Below, piece by piece: positions 1-7,645 of a stretch of 14,480 nt of DNA; position 1 is the stretch's first letter; each line of letters starts with the position of its first letter. The notes beneath the pieces were generated by a model. The model searched no databases, had not been told where the DNA came from, and saw only the letters and a program-made list of their open reading frames with translations. The position numbers and the translations under genes are program-made. The DNA comes from a virus (lineage: Duplodnaviria > Heunggongvirae > Uroviricota > Caudoviricetes). The stretch lies in IMG/VR virus record IMGVR_UViG_2579778968_000005. One strand, written 5' to 3'.

Positions 1-220
1 GCGTGATGATGTTGCCGCTGGTCGTCGTCGGTTGCACATCAAAGCAGTCTGTCAGTCAGTGCGTGAAGCCACCACCGCCTCCGGCGTGGATAATGCAGCC
101 TCCCCCCGACTGGCAGACACCGCTGAACGGGATTATTTCACCCTCCGGGAACGACTGGTAATGATGCAGGCCCAACTTGAAGGTGCTCAGCAATACATAA
201 CCGAGCAGTGTTTAAAGTAA
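1..220 (+). CDS. Rz: Rz-like i-spanin, C-terminal part (5' end lies upstream of the window)
   Basis: Reading frame is open from position 2 to the TAA at 218-220. The C-terminus (LADTAERDYFTLRERLVMMQAQLEGAQQYITEQCLK) closely resembles the lambda Rz C-terminus as I recall it, and a proline-rich Rz1-like ORF is nested in another frame. Confidence 0.8.
   Translation, partial: RDDVAAGRRRLHIKAVCQSVREATTASGVDNAASPRLADTAERDYFTLRERLVMMQAQLEGAQQYITEQCLK
6..161 (+). CDS. Rz1: Rz1-like o-spanin lipoprotein nested inside Rz (true start may lie upstream of the window)
   Basis: Frame 3 reads MMLPLVVVGCTSKQSVSQCVKPPPPPAWIMQPPPDWQTPLNGIISPSGNDW and ends at TAA 159-161. It has a lipobox-like VVGC and a proline-rich tail typical of Rz1, fully embedded in the Rz frame. 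Confidence 0.75.
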   Translation: MMLPLVVVGCTSKQSVSQCVKPPPPPAWIMQPPPDWQTPLNGIISPSGNDW

Positions 221-299
221 AATCTTAACTACAATATGATTCATTTTGATGATTGTTTCATAAGGAACAGTGAAGTAAGATCTAAGAGGAGTTAAATTT

Positions 300-357
300 T
301 ATACAGTATAATCATAATATTGCAGCAAGGTGGTTATAATTGAAAGAATATTTAGAT
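300..357 (+). promoter_or_regulatory. AT-rich putative promoter/leader region upstream of trkG
   Basis: Intergenic AT-rich stretch with TATAAT hexamers at 307-312 and 335-340. No convincing -35 at canonical spacing, so this is tentative. Confidence 0.2.
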
Positions 358-1815
358 ATGAATACATCTCATGTAAGAGTTGTTACTCATATGTGTGGGT
401 TCCTGGTTTGGCTCTATAGTCTTTCAATGTTGCCACCAATGGTTGTAGCATTGTTTTATAAAGAAAAAAGCCTGTTCGTTTTCTTTATAACTTTCGTTAT
501 ATTTTTTTGCATTGGTGGCGGAGCGTGGTATACAACTAAGAAATCTGGCATTCAATTACGTACCCGTGATGGGTTTATTATAATTGTAATGTTTTGGATT
601 TTGTTTTCTGTTATTAGTGCATTCCCTTTATGGATTGACTCAGAACTTAATTTAACGTTCATTGATGCTCTGTTTGAAGGGGTTTCTGGAATAACAACAA
701 CAGGAGCAACTGTAATTGATGATGTTAGTTCATTACCTCGGGCATATTTGTACTATCGGTCACAGTTAAATTTTATAGGTGGTTTAGGAGTTATTGTTCT
801 GGCGGTTGCTGTATTGCCATTATTGGGTATTGGTGGTGCAAAGCTTTATCAGTCAGAAATGCCGGGGCCATTTAAGGATGACAAACTCACTCCCCGCCTG
901 GCCGATACGTCACGGACACTGTGGATAACTTATTCTTTATTAGGTATTGCTTGTATTGTCTGTTATAGACTTGCAGGAATGCCTTTGTTTGATGCTATTT
1001 GTCACGGGATTTCCACAGTTTCGCTTGGTGGTTTCTCAACTCATAGCGAGAGTATCGGATATTTTAATAACTATTTGGTTGAGCTGGTGGCTGGTTCTTT
1101 TTCCCTGCTATCGGCTTTCAACTTCACTCTTTGGTATATTGTTATTAGCAGAAAAACGATAAAACCTTTAATCAGAGATATTGAACTTCGTTTCTTTCTG
1201 TTAATAGCCTTAGGGGTGATCATTGTTACCTCTTTCCAGGTCTGGCATATAGGTATGTATGACTTGCATGGAAGTTTTATTCATTCGTTTTTTCTTGCCA
1301 GCTCCATGCTCACTGATAATGGTTTAGCTACGCAGGATTATGCAAGTTGGCCCACGCACACGATAGTGTTTTTGCTGTTGTCAAGTTTCTTTGGGGGATG
1401 TATAGGTTCAACTTGTGGTGGAATTAAGTCACTTCGATTTCTTATACTTTTCAAACAAAGCAAACACGAGATAAATCAGCTTTCTCATCCCAGAGCGTTG
1501 TTGAGTGTAAATGTAGGAGGGAAGATAGTTACAGATCGTGTAATGAGGTCTGTATGGAGTTTCTTTTTTCTTTATACTCTCTTCACGGTGTTTTTTATAC
1601 TGGTGTTAAATGGTATGGGATATGATTTTCTTACATCATTTGCAACAGTGGCTGCATGTATTAATAATATGGGATTAGGTTTTGGGGCTACTGCATCGTC
1701 ATTCGGAGTGCTTAATGACATTGCAAAATGTTTAATGTGCATAGCTATGATTCTTGGTCGCCTTGAAATTTATCCTGTTATTATATTGTTTTCAGGTTTT
1801 TTTTGGCGCTCCTAA
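358..1815 (+). CDS. trkG: Trk-system potassium uptake membrane protein TrkG (TrkH/TrkG family)
   Basis: Polytopic membrane protein of about 485 aa from ATG 358 (the ORF track starts at TTG 340), ending at TAA 1813-1815. The translation matches my memory of E. coli TrkG (MNTSHVRVVTHMCGFLVWLYSL...), which sits right after rzpR/rzoR in the Rac prophage. The gene is strongly AT-rich compared with its neighbours. Confidence 0.9.
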   Translation: MNTSHVRVVTHMCGFLVWLYSLSMLPPMVVALFYKEKSLFVFFITFVIFFCIGGGAWYTTKKSGIQLRTRDGFIIIVMFWILFSVISAFPLWIDSELNLTFIDALFEGVSGITTTGATVIDDVSSLPRAYLYYRSQLNFIGGLGVIVLAVAVLPLLGIGGAKLYQSEMPGPFKDDKLTPRLADTSRTLWITYSLLGIACIVCYRLAGMPLFDAICHGISTVSLGGFSTHSESIGYFNNYLVELVAGSFSLLSAFNFTLWYIVISRKTIKPLIRDIELRFFLLIALGVIIVTSFQVWHIGMYDLHGSFIHSFFLASSMLTDNGLATQDYASWPTHTIVFLLLSSFFGGCIGSTCGGIKSLRFLILFKQSKHEINQLSHPRALLSVNVGGKIVTDRVMRSVWSFFFLYTLFTVFFILVLNGMGYDFLTSFATVAACINNMGLGFGATASSFGVLNDIAKCLMCIAMILGRLEIYPVIILFSGFFWRS

Positions 1816-1952
1816 TATATGGCTGATTTATAATTGTGAGTTTAATATTATGTTGACTCACTCATTGATCCAATACCTAACTTTACCAGCAACACCTCCG
1901 TCCCCAGTAGCACTGGCTGCTGGGGTGCGTTTTATTCATAAAGCAAGGCTGT

Positions 1953-2744
1953 ATGAGCGAGAAATTAAAGATAGTCTATCGCCCATTACAAGAATTGTCA
2001 CCGTATGCGCACAACGCCAGGACGCACAGTACTGAGCAGGTGGCACAACTGGTAGAAAGTATTAAGCAATTCGGCTGGACTAATCCGGTGCTGATTGACG
2101 AAAAGGGCGAAATTATTGCGGGTCACGGTCGTGTTATGGCGGCTGAAATGCTCAAAATGGATTCTGTTCCGGTCATTGTTCTGTCTGGCCTGACGGATGA
2201 GCAGAAAAAGGCGTACCGCCTGGCAGATAATCGCCTGCCGATGAATGCTGGCTGGGATGAAGATCTGTTGCGGATGGAGCTGTCGGACCTAATCAATGCT
2301 GATTTTGATGTCTCCCTGACAGGCTTCATCCCGACAGAAATTGATGAACTGTTGACGGATGTTTTGCCCGGTACAGGAAATGAGGAGGAGCCGTATACGA
2401 CGAAAATTGATACGCCTGTTTATGAGCCGTCGGGCGGTAAACCGGATATCAGTGAACTGTACGACGATACGAAAACTCAGGAGCTGATCAGCCGGATACG
2501 TTCGGCGTCCCTTGAGCCTGATATTGAGAAATTCCTCCTGTGTGCGGCAGAACGTCACACGGTGTTTAATTTCAGCAGAATTGCGGACTATTACGCTCAC
2601 GCCCCCGCTGAAATTCAGTGTTTTTTCGAGGAGTCGGCGCTGGTGATCATTGATTATCAGCAGGCTATTGAAAATGGATTTGTCCGGATGACGCAGCGCA
2701 TGGTGGAGATCATGCATGGTGGTGAGGAGGAGGAATATGCGTGA
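1953..2744 (+). CDS. ParB/Srx-like (ParB N-terminal nuclease-like domain) protein with an acidic C-terminal region of unknown function
   Basis: The N-terminal ~95 aa (KIVYRPLQELSPYAHNARTH...IIAGHGRVMAA...YRLADNRL) look like the ParB N-terminal/sulfiredoxin fold. Position matches ynaK of the Rac prophage. The stop TGA 2742-2744 overlaps the next start. Confidence 0.7.
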   Translation: MSEKLKIVYRPLQELSPYAHNARTHSTEQVAQLVESIKQFGWTNPVLIDEKGEIIAGHGRVMAAEMLKMDSVPVIVLSGLTDEQKKAYRLADNRLPMNAGWDEDLLRMELSDLINADFDVSLTGFIPTEIDELLTDVLPGTGNEEEPYTTKIDTPVYEPSGGKPDISELYDDTKTQELISRIRSASLEPDIEKFLLCAAERHTVFNFSRIADYYAHAPAEIQCFFEESALVIIDYQQAIENGFVRMTQRMVEIMHGGEEEEYA

Positions 2745-3669
2745 TGATTTTTGCGCCTTTATTCTGACTCACGGGCGACCGGACAAAGTTCTGACTTACC
2801 GGACGTTGCGTCGTGCTGGCTATACCGGGAAAATTTTTATCGTTGTTGATGATGAAGATAAGACACGGCATCAGTACATGGCTGAATTTGGTGAACAGGT
2901 GCTGGTGTTTTCCAAAGCCGATATCGCCAGTCGTTTTGACGAAGCCGATAATTTCTGTGACCGCCGCTCAATTTTTTACGCCCGTAATGCCTGTTTCGAC
3001 CAGGCAAAACTGGTCGGGTGTAAATACTTCATTCAGCTCGATGATGATTATCACGAGTTCCAGTTTCGGGTGGATCGCAACTATGACCAGGCCTATTTTC
3101 CGATAAGGAAACTGGATGCGATCCTTTCTGAAATGCTGGCGTACTACGAATCAATACCTGCTCTTTCCATCGCTATGTCGCAGGGCGGGGATTTTCTTGG
3201 TGACAATGGCGGCCATGCTTCGTGGGTGAAACGCAAGGCAATGAACAGCTTTATCTGTTCGGTTGATCGACCGTTCTCATTCATGGGGCGCATTAACGAG
3301 GATGTGAATACGTACACGAATCTCGGTCGCTGTGGTGAATTGTTTATGACGATCGGTGCTGTCCAGTTAGGGCAGAAACAGACGCAGAAAAACAGCGGCG
3401 GAATGACCGAGCTGTATCTGGATTCCGGAACCTACGTTAAAAGTTTTTACTCCGTCATGTATGCGCCGTCGTGCGTAAAAATCTCACTGATGGGTGCCAG
3501 CCATAAACGCATTCACCATCAGGTCACTTGGAACAACGCTGCAGTAAAAATCCTTCACGAAAAATACAGGAAGAAGACACCCTGCATATCAATGGGGGTG
3601 ACAAATGATTCCGTATTCGAAAGTCGAGTCTCTGGCAGCGTGCCGGATGACTGCACAACAAATCGCTGA
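2737..3669 (+). CDS. Hypothetical protein with GT-A-like (nucleotide-diphospho-sugar transferase-like) features, translationally coupled to the ParB-like gene
   Basis: ATG 2737 follows a GAGGAGGAGG Shine-Dalgarno run at 2724-2733 (the ORF track starts at ATG 2716, upstream of that run). The N-terminus (FILTHGRPDKVL...IFIVVDDED) and a later QLDDDYHEF resemble the GT-A beta-alpha-beta start and DxD motif. The 8-nt overlap ATGCGTGA with the upstream stop indicates coupling. Function is inferred from motifs only. Confidence 0.55.
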   Translation: MRDDFCAFILTHGRPDKVLTYRTLRRAGYTGKIFIVVDDEDKTRHQYMAEFGEQVLVFSKADIASRFDEADNFCDRRSIFYARNACFDQAKLVGCKYFIQLDDDYHEFQFRVDRNYDQAYFPIRKLDAILSEMLAYYESIPALSIAMSQGGDFLGDNGGHASWVKRKAMNSFICSVDRPFSFMGRINEDVNTYTNLGRCGELFMTIGAVQLGQKQTQKNSGGMTELYLDSGTYVKSFYSVMYAPSCVKISLMGASHKRIHHQVTWNNAAVKILHEKYRKKTPCISMGVTNDSVFESRVSGSVPDDCTTNR

Positions 3670-3856
3670 CGTTCTGGATGTTGATCTGAACCGACTGAAA
3701 GAAAATCGGGAAGCAATGACAGATTTTTATGCGGCCATCCGTAAGGGCAGAGCGAAAGGTGAAGCCGAGTTACGAGCGGCATTGTTTAAGCTTGCCAGAA
3801 AAGGGGATGCCTTTGCTCTGCGCGAACTACTCAGGGTGGATAAAAATCAGGACTAA
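3605..3856 (+). CDS. Small helix-turn-helix protein upstream of the small terminase (possible packaging or regulatory DNA-binding protein)
   Basis: 83-aa ORF with a GGGGG Shine-Dalgarno at 3594-3598. It carries an HTH-like segment (MTAQQIADVLDVDLNRL) and overlaps the 3' end of the upstream gene; an alternative start is ATG 3647. Confidence 0.5.
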   Translation: MIPYSKVESLAACRMTAQQIADVLDVDLNRLKENREAMTDFYAAIRKGRAKGEAELRAALFKLARKGDAFALRELLRVDKNQD

Positions 3857-3859
3857 CTG

Positions 3860-4954
3860 ATGAGCAGACCGGACTGGGGGGCGTTGCAGCAGGAGTATAT
3901 TGCTGAATACACCCGCTCCGGTATATCTCCGGTGGCATGGTGTGAAGCAAGGGGACTGAATTACGCAACAGCCCGTCGTTACATCAAAAAAACTCCGAAA
4001 AATGCGCAGACAGAAATGTGCAAAACTGCGCAAAAAAGTGCGCAGAAAAAATCTGCGCAGACTGCACAAAAGCGGAACGAAAAATCTCAGGAAAAAAAGC
4101 CAGTATTCGATGCGGGCCTGAATGAGGGCGACGCGGAGGAATTTTCGTTCTGTCCCGATGAATTCGGCATTTCTGACCAGCAGGCTAAGTTTGCGATGCT
4201 TGTTGCTCAGGGTAAAAAGCCGACAGAGGCGTACCGACTAGCCGGTTATGAGGGGCAAGGTGCGACAGCTAACAGCAACGCCAGTCGTATGCTTAGAAAT
4301 GCCAGGGTTTTTCGCGCTATCAGCTACTTCCGCAATCAGTACCAGAAACGCTATACCGCAGACCTGGATTTACTAGTGAGTCAGTTGATGGCTATTGTCC
4401 TGGCCGACCCCAATCAGCTTGCACAATTTCGCCGTGTTAACTGCCGTTATTGCTGGGGCGAGAATCATCTCTACCAGTGGCGCGATATAGCAGAATTCGA
4501 CAAGGCAGCGGCGCAGGCTTCCAGAGATGGCAAACCCGAACCGGAATATGGAGGCCTCGGCTTTGTTGATAACGCCATACCCAATCCGGACTGCCCGAAG
4601 TGCTGCGGTGAGGGAACGGGACAGCTTTATATGGCTGATACCACTCTGCTTGATGGGGATGCGCGGCAATTATATGCAGGGGCAAAATTCGGAAAATTCG
4701 GCGTTGAGATCCTGCTGGAGGATAAGGCTGCCGCCCGGCGTGAATTGTTGCGTTTGTTTTCTGCTGGCGGGGCTTTATGTGCAGATAAGCGGCTACAGGA
4801 ACTGGAAATTGAACGGCGCAGAATGGAAAACCAGAAGCTGCGCAAAGAGATCGAAACGGTGGAAGATAATGAACATCCCCAGCCTGTGGCGATCAATATT
4901 AATGTGGTTGATGCCAGAGTAAGGAGTGATGAAGATGATCTCTCCGACGCTTAA
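3860..4954 (+). CDS. Terminase small subunit (Terminase_2-like), unusually long, with a low-complexity insert and a Cys4 zinc-ribbon-like motif
   Basis: N-terminal HTH (ISPVAWCEARGLNYATARRYI) and the segment KFAMLVAQGKKPTEAYRLAGYEGQGATANSNASRMLRNARVFRAI look like the small-terminase signature. It sits directly upstream of the large terminase. Contains CRYCWGENH...CPKCCGEG. Confidence 0.7.
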   Translation: MSRPDWGALQQEYIAEYTRSGISPVAWCEARGLNYATARRYIKKTPKNAQTEMCKTAQKSAQKKSAQTAQKRNEKSQEKKPVFDAGLNEGDAEEFSFCPDEFGISDQQAKFAMLVAQGKKPTEAYRLAGYEGQGATANSNASRMLRNARVFRAISYFRNQYQKRYTADLDLLVSQLMAIVLADPNQLAQFRRVNCRYCWGENHLYQWRDIAEFDKAAAQASRDGKPEPEYGGLGFVDNAIPNPDCPKCCGEGTGQLYMADTTLLDGDARQLYAGAKFGKFGVEILLEDKAAARRELLRLFSAGGALCADKRLQELEIERRRMENQKLRKEIETVEDNEHPQPVAININVVDARVRSDEDDLSDA

Positions 4955-6236
4955 TGTGCCTCAGGCGCGATTTCTTTCAATGCCCCATAAATTTAAAGCC
5001 TATATTGCTGGTTTTGGCTCGGGCAAAACATGGGTTGGGTGTGGCGGCATATGCAAGGGGATTTGGGAGCATCCAGGTATAAATCAGGGATATTTTGCGC
5101 CAACGTATCCCCAAATTCGCGATATTTTTTACCCTACAGTGGAAGAAGTTGCTGCTGACTGGGGATTGAACGTAAAAATTAATGAGGGAAATAAAGAGGT
5201 TCACTTTTATTACGGACGCCAGTATCGGGGAACCACTATCTGCAGATCGATGGAGAAGCCACAAACGATCGTCGGTTTCAAAATTGGTAATGCGTTGGTG
5301 GATGAACTGGACATTTTGCCGAAGGAAAAAGCCAGAACGGCGTGGCGCAAGATAATTGCACGTATGCGTTATAAGATTGATGGACTTCGCAACGGTATTG
5401 ACGTTACAACCACGCCGGAAGGATTCAAATTTGTCTACGAGCAGTTTGTTAAAGCCGTGCGTGAAAAAACAGAGCTGGCCTCACTGTATGGTCTGGTGCA
5501 GGCATCTACTTTCGATAATGAAAAGAACCTGCCAGCAGATTACATTCCTTCGCTTCTTGAATCATACCCTCCAGAGCTGATTAAAGCCTATCTTCGAGGA
5601 CAGTTTACTAACCTGACAAGTGGTACTGTTTACCATCAGTTTGACCGGAAACTGAATAATTGCGAAGAAGTGGAGCAGCCAGGGGAGCCGATTTATATTG
5701 GGATGGATTTTAACGTTGGAAAGATGGCGGGAATCGTCCATGTGCTGCGTTTGGGGCTTCCATGTGCGGTAACTGAAATCATCAATGCCTACGATACGCC
5801 GGATATGATCCGCATCATTAAAGAACGCTTCTGGCTGTATGATGGGAATGATTACCGGAAAGTGAGGGAAATTTATATTTATCCAGATGCTTCCGGGGAT
5901 TCCAGAAAATCAAGTAACGCAAGTACGACGGATATAGCCCAGCTTAAGCAGGCTGGTTTTAACGTTGTGGTGAACAGCTCGAACCCGCCAGTAAAAGATC
6001 GCGTTAACTCAATGAATGCAATGTTCTGCAATGCCAATGGTGAGCGTCGCTATAAAGTTAATGTGAAGCGTTGCCCGTTATATGCCGAATCTCTGGAGCA
6101 ACAGGTCTGGGATGAGAAGGGGGAGCCTGATAAAAAATCTGGCAATGATCACCCGAATGATGCCGGAGGTTATTTCATCGTTAAGCAATTCCCTATTGTC
6201 AAACCGACCGGAAGAGTCACATCACTTCGGATTTAA
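4935..6236 (+). CDS. Terminase large subunit
   Basis: Walker A-like AGFGSGKTWVG near the N-terminus, with size and position (after the small terminase, before the portal) as expected. AAGGAG at 4921-4926 sits 8 nt before ATG 4935; alternative starts are GTG 4926 and ATG 4929. Stop is TAA 6234-6236. Confidence 0.8.
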   Translation: MISPTLNVPQARFLSMPHKFKAYIAGFGSGKTWVGCGGICKGIWEHPGINQGYFAPTYPQIRDIFYPTVEEVAADWGLNVKINEGNKEVHFYYGRQYRGTTICRSMEKPQTIVGFKIGNALVDELDILPKEKARTAWRKIIARMRYKIDGLRNGIDVTTTPEGFKFVYEQFVKAVREKTELASLYGLVQASTFDNEKNLPADYIPSLLESYPPELIKAYLRGQFTNLTSGTVYHQFDRKLNNCEEVEQPGEPIYIGMDFNVGKMAGIVHVLRLGLPCAVTEIINAYDTPDMIRIIKERFWLYDGNDYRKVREIYIYPDASGDSRKSSNASTTDIAQLKQAGFNVVVNSSNPPVKDRVNSMNAMFCNANGERRYKVNVKRCPLYAESLEQQVWDEKGEPDKKSGNDHPNDAGGYFIVKQFPIVKPTGRVTSLRI

Positions 6237-6238
6237 TT

Positions 6239-7645
6239 ATGGCTGATATATCAACACCCAACCTCGACTATAACGATATGCTGGAGGCGTGGGATATTAA
6301 CGACGCACTGATGGGCGGTACGCTTGAAATGCGCAGGCAGGGGGAAAATTATCTCCCAAAATGGCCTAACGAAGATGAAGACGCTTATAAAAAACGCCTG
6401 TCTGTGGCTACGCTACTTCCTGTGTATGAAGAAAGCATCAAGCAAAATATTGGGCGCATATTTGCAGAGCCGACAGTATTGAGTGAGGAAACGCCGGCAA
6501 AAATCAGGGAATATGCAGAAAATATCGACATGGAGGGGAGCCGACTGGATGTGTGGGCGCAGCAATTTTTCAGCCTCGCATTTCAGTATGGTGTGGCACA
6601 TGCGCTGGTGGACTATCCACGAACGGATATGAAAGAGATTCGGACAAAAGCCGATGAAAACGCGACCGGTGGTCGTCCGTACGTTACGATGCTGAATCCA
6701 CGCCAGGTTATTGGATGGAAATCGAAAGTTGAAAAAGGGAAAGTTGTTCTCACTGATTTGCGTATAAAAGAGGTCATCATTATTGATGGTGATGATTTCG
6801 GGCAGAAGAAGGTGGAGCAGATCCGCCATATTATGCCCCGTCGAGTTGAAATTTATCGACGTAGCGAAGGCACTAATGGCGAATCTGTCTGGACGCTTCA
6901 TGAGTCATGGAATACCAGCCGTGATGATATTCCTCTGGTAACACTGTACACGAAGAAAACAGGATTTATGCGTGGTACACCGCCATTGCTTAATCTTGGC
7001 TTGCTGAATATCAAGCACTGGCAAAGCCAGAGCGAGCAGGACAATATTCTTCATGTTGCCCGCGTTCCATTGCTGGTGGCCTACGGGCTGGACAGGAATG
7101 AAGAACTGACGGTTGGTGCATCCACCGCTACGATTTTTGAGGACAGAACAAAAAATGGCCTCGAATATGTTGAACATAGTGGCGCAGCGATAGAATCTGG
7201 CGAAACATCACTTGAGAAGCTGGAAAATCAGATGCGTCATGCCGGCGCTAAACTTCTGCGTGCTGAAAATACATCCACCAAATCTGTTGATCAGACTAAT
7301 GAAGAGCGAATGCAGGAAAACTCGCCGCTTTATACAATGGCGAACTCCCTCGAAGATGCCCTCGATAATATTCTCCAGATAATGGCGGAATGGATCGGAG
7401 AGAGTTGCGGTGGCAATGTGGATGTGCGCACTGAACTGGATGTATCTGCCCAGGTGTTTGACTCATCCTCCGCGCTGGCTGTTCAGTCATTGCGTCAGGG
7501 CGGTGATATACGTCAGATTGATGCGGTTCGGGTGTTGCAGGCGTTGAAATTTATCGATCAGGATTCCCGTCCAGAGGAAGTGATCGATGAATTAAAAAAT
7601 CAGAGTGTAATGCTGATGGAAATCAATGATGCAAACCGTGAATGA
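6239..7645 (+). CDS. Portal protein (putative)
   Basis: 468-aa ORF starting 2 nt after the terminase stop and followed by a Mu F-like gene, the canonical order in SPP1-like head modules. Assignment rests on synteny and size. Confidence 0.6.
   Translation: MADISTPNLDYNDMLEAWDINDALMGGTLEMRRQGENYLPKWPNEDEDAYKKRLSVATLLPVYEESIKQNIGRIFAEPTVLSEETPAKIREYAENIDMEGSRLDVWAQQFFSLAFQYGVAHALVDYPRTDMKEIRTKADENATGGRPYVTMLNPRQVIGWKSKVEKGKVVLTDLRIKEVIIIDGDDFGQKKVEQIRHIMPRRVEIYRRSEGTNGESVWTLHESWNTSRDDIPLVTLYTKKTGFMRGTPPLLNLGLLNIKHWQSQSEQDNILHVARVPLLVAYGLDRNEELTVGASTATIFEDRTKNGLEYVEHSGAAIESGETSLEKLENQMRHAGAKLLRAENTSTKSVDQTNEERMQENSPLYTMANSLEDALDNILQIMAEWIGESCGGNVDVRTELDVSAQVFDSSSALAVQSLRQGGDIRQIDAVRVLQALKFIDQDSRPEEVIDELKNQSVMLMEINDANRE

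Noticed and set aside
1816-1952. Possible promoter (TTGACT at about 1850) or small RNA in the trkG to ParB-like intergenic region
   Set aside because: No convincing -10 at correct spacing and no stable terminator structure; not enough evidence to call.
1754-2035. 93-aa ORF bridging the trkG 3' end and the ParB-like 5' end
   Set aside because: Overlaps both flanking genes in a different frame, and its middle is the intergenic region; no Shine-Dalgarno.
2289-2717. 142-aa minus-strand ORF inside the ParB-like gene (a 68-aa one at 2123..2329 is similar)
   Set aside because: Fully antisense to a well-supported + strand gene, with no ribosome binding site and no recognisable motifs; most likely a chance open frame.
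2716-2736. ATG 2716 as start of the GT-A-like gene (the ORF-track start)
   Set aside because: The GAGGAGGAGG Shine-Dalgarno run lies downstream of 2716 and upstream of ATG 2737, so 2737 is the more plausible start.
4373-4922. Cluster of alternative-frame and antisense ORFs (4373..4669 -, 4437..4685 -, 4627..4896 -, 4527..4922 +) within the small terminase gene
   Set aside because: All overlap the small terminase frame, which carries recognisable terminase motifs; none has a credible start signal.
6413-6901. 162-aa minus-strand ORF inside the portal gene
   Set aside because: Antisense to the portal coding region and interrupts an otherwise uniform + strand operon; no start context or conserved features.
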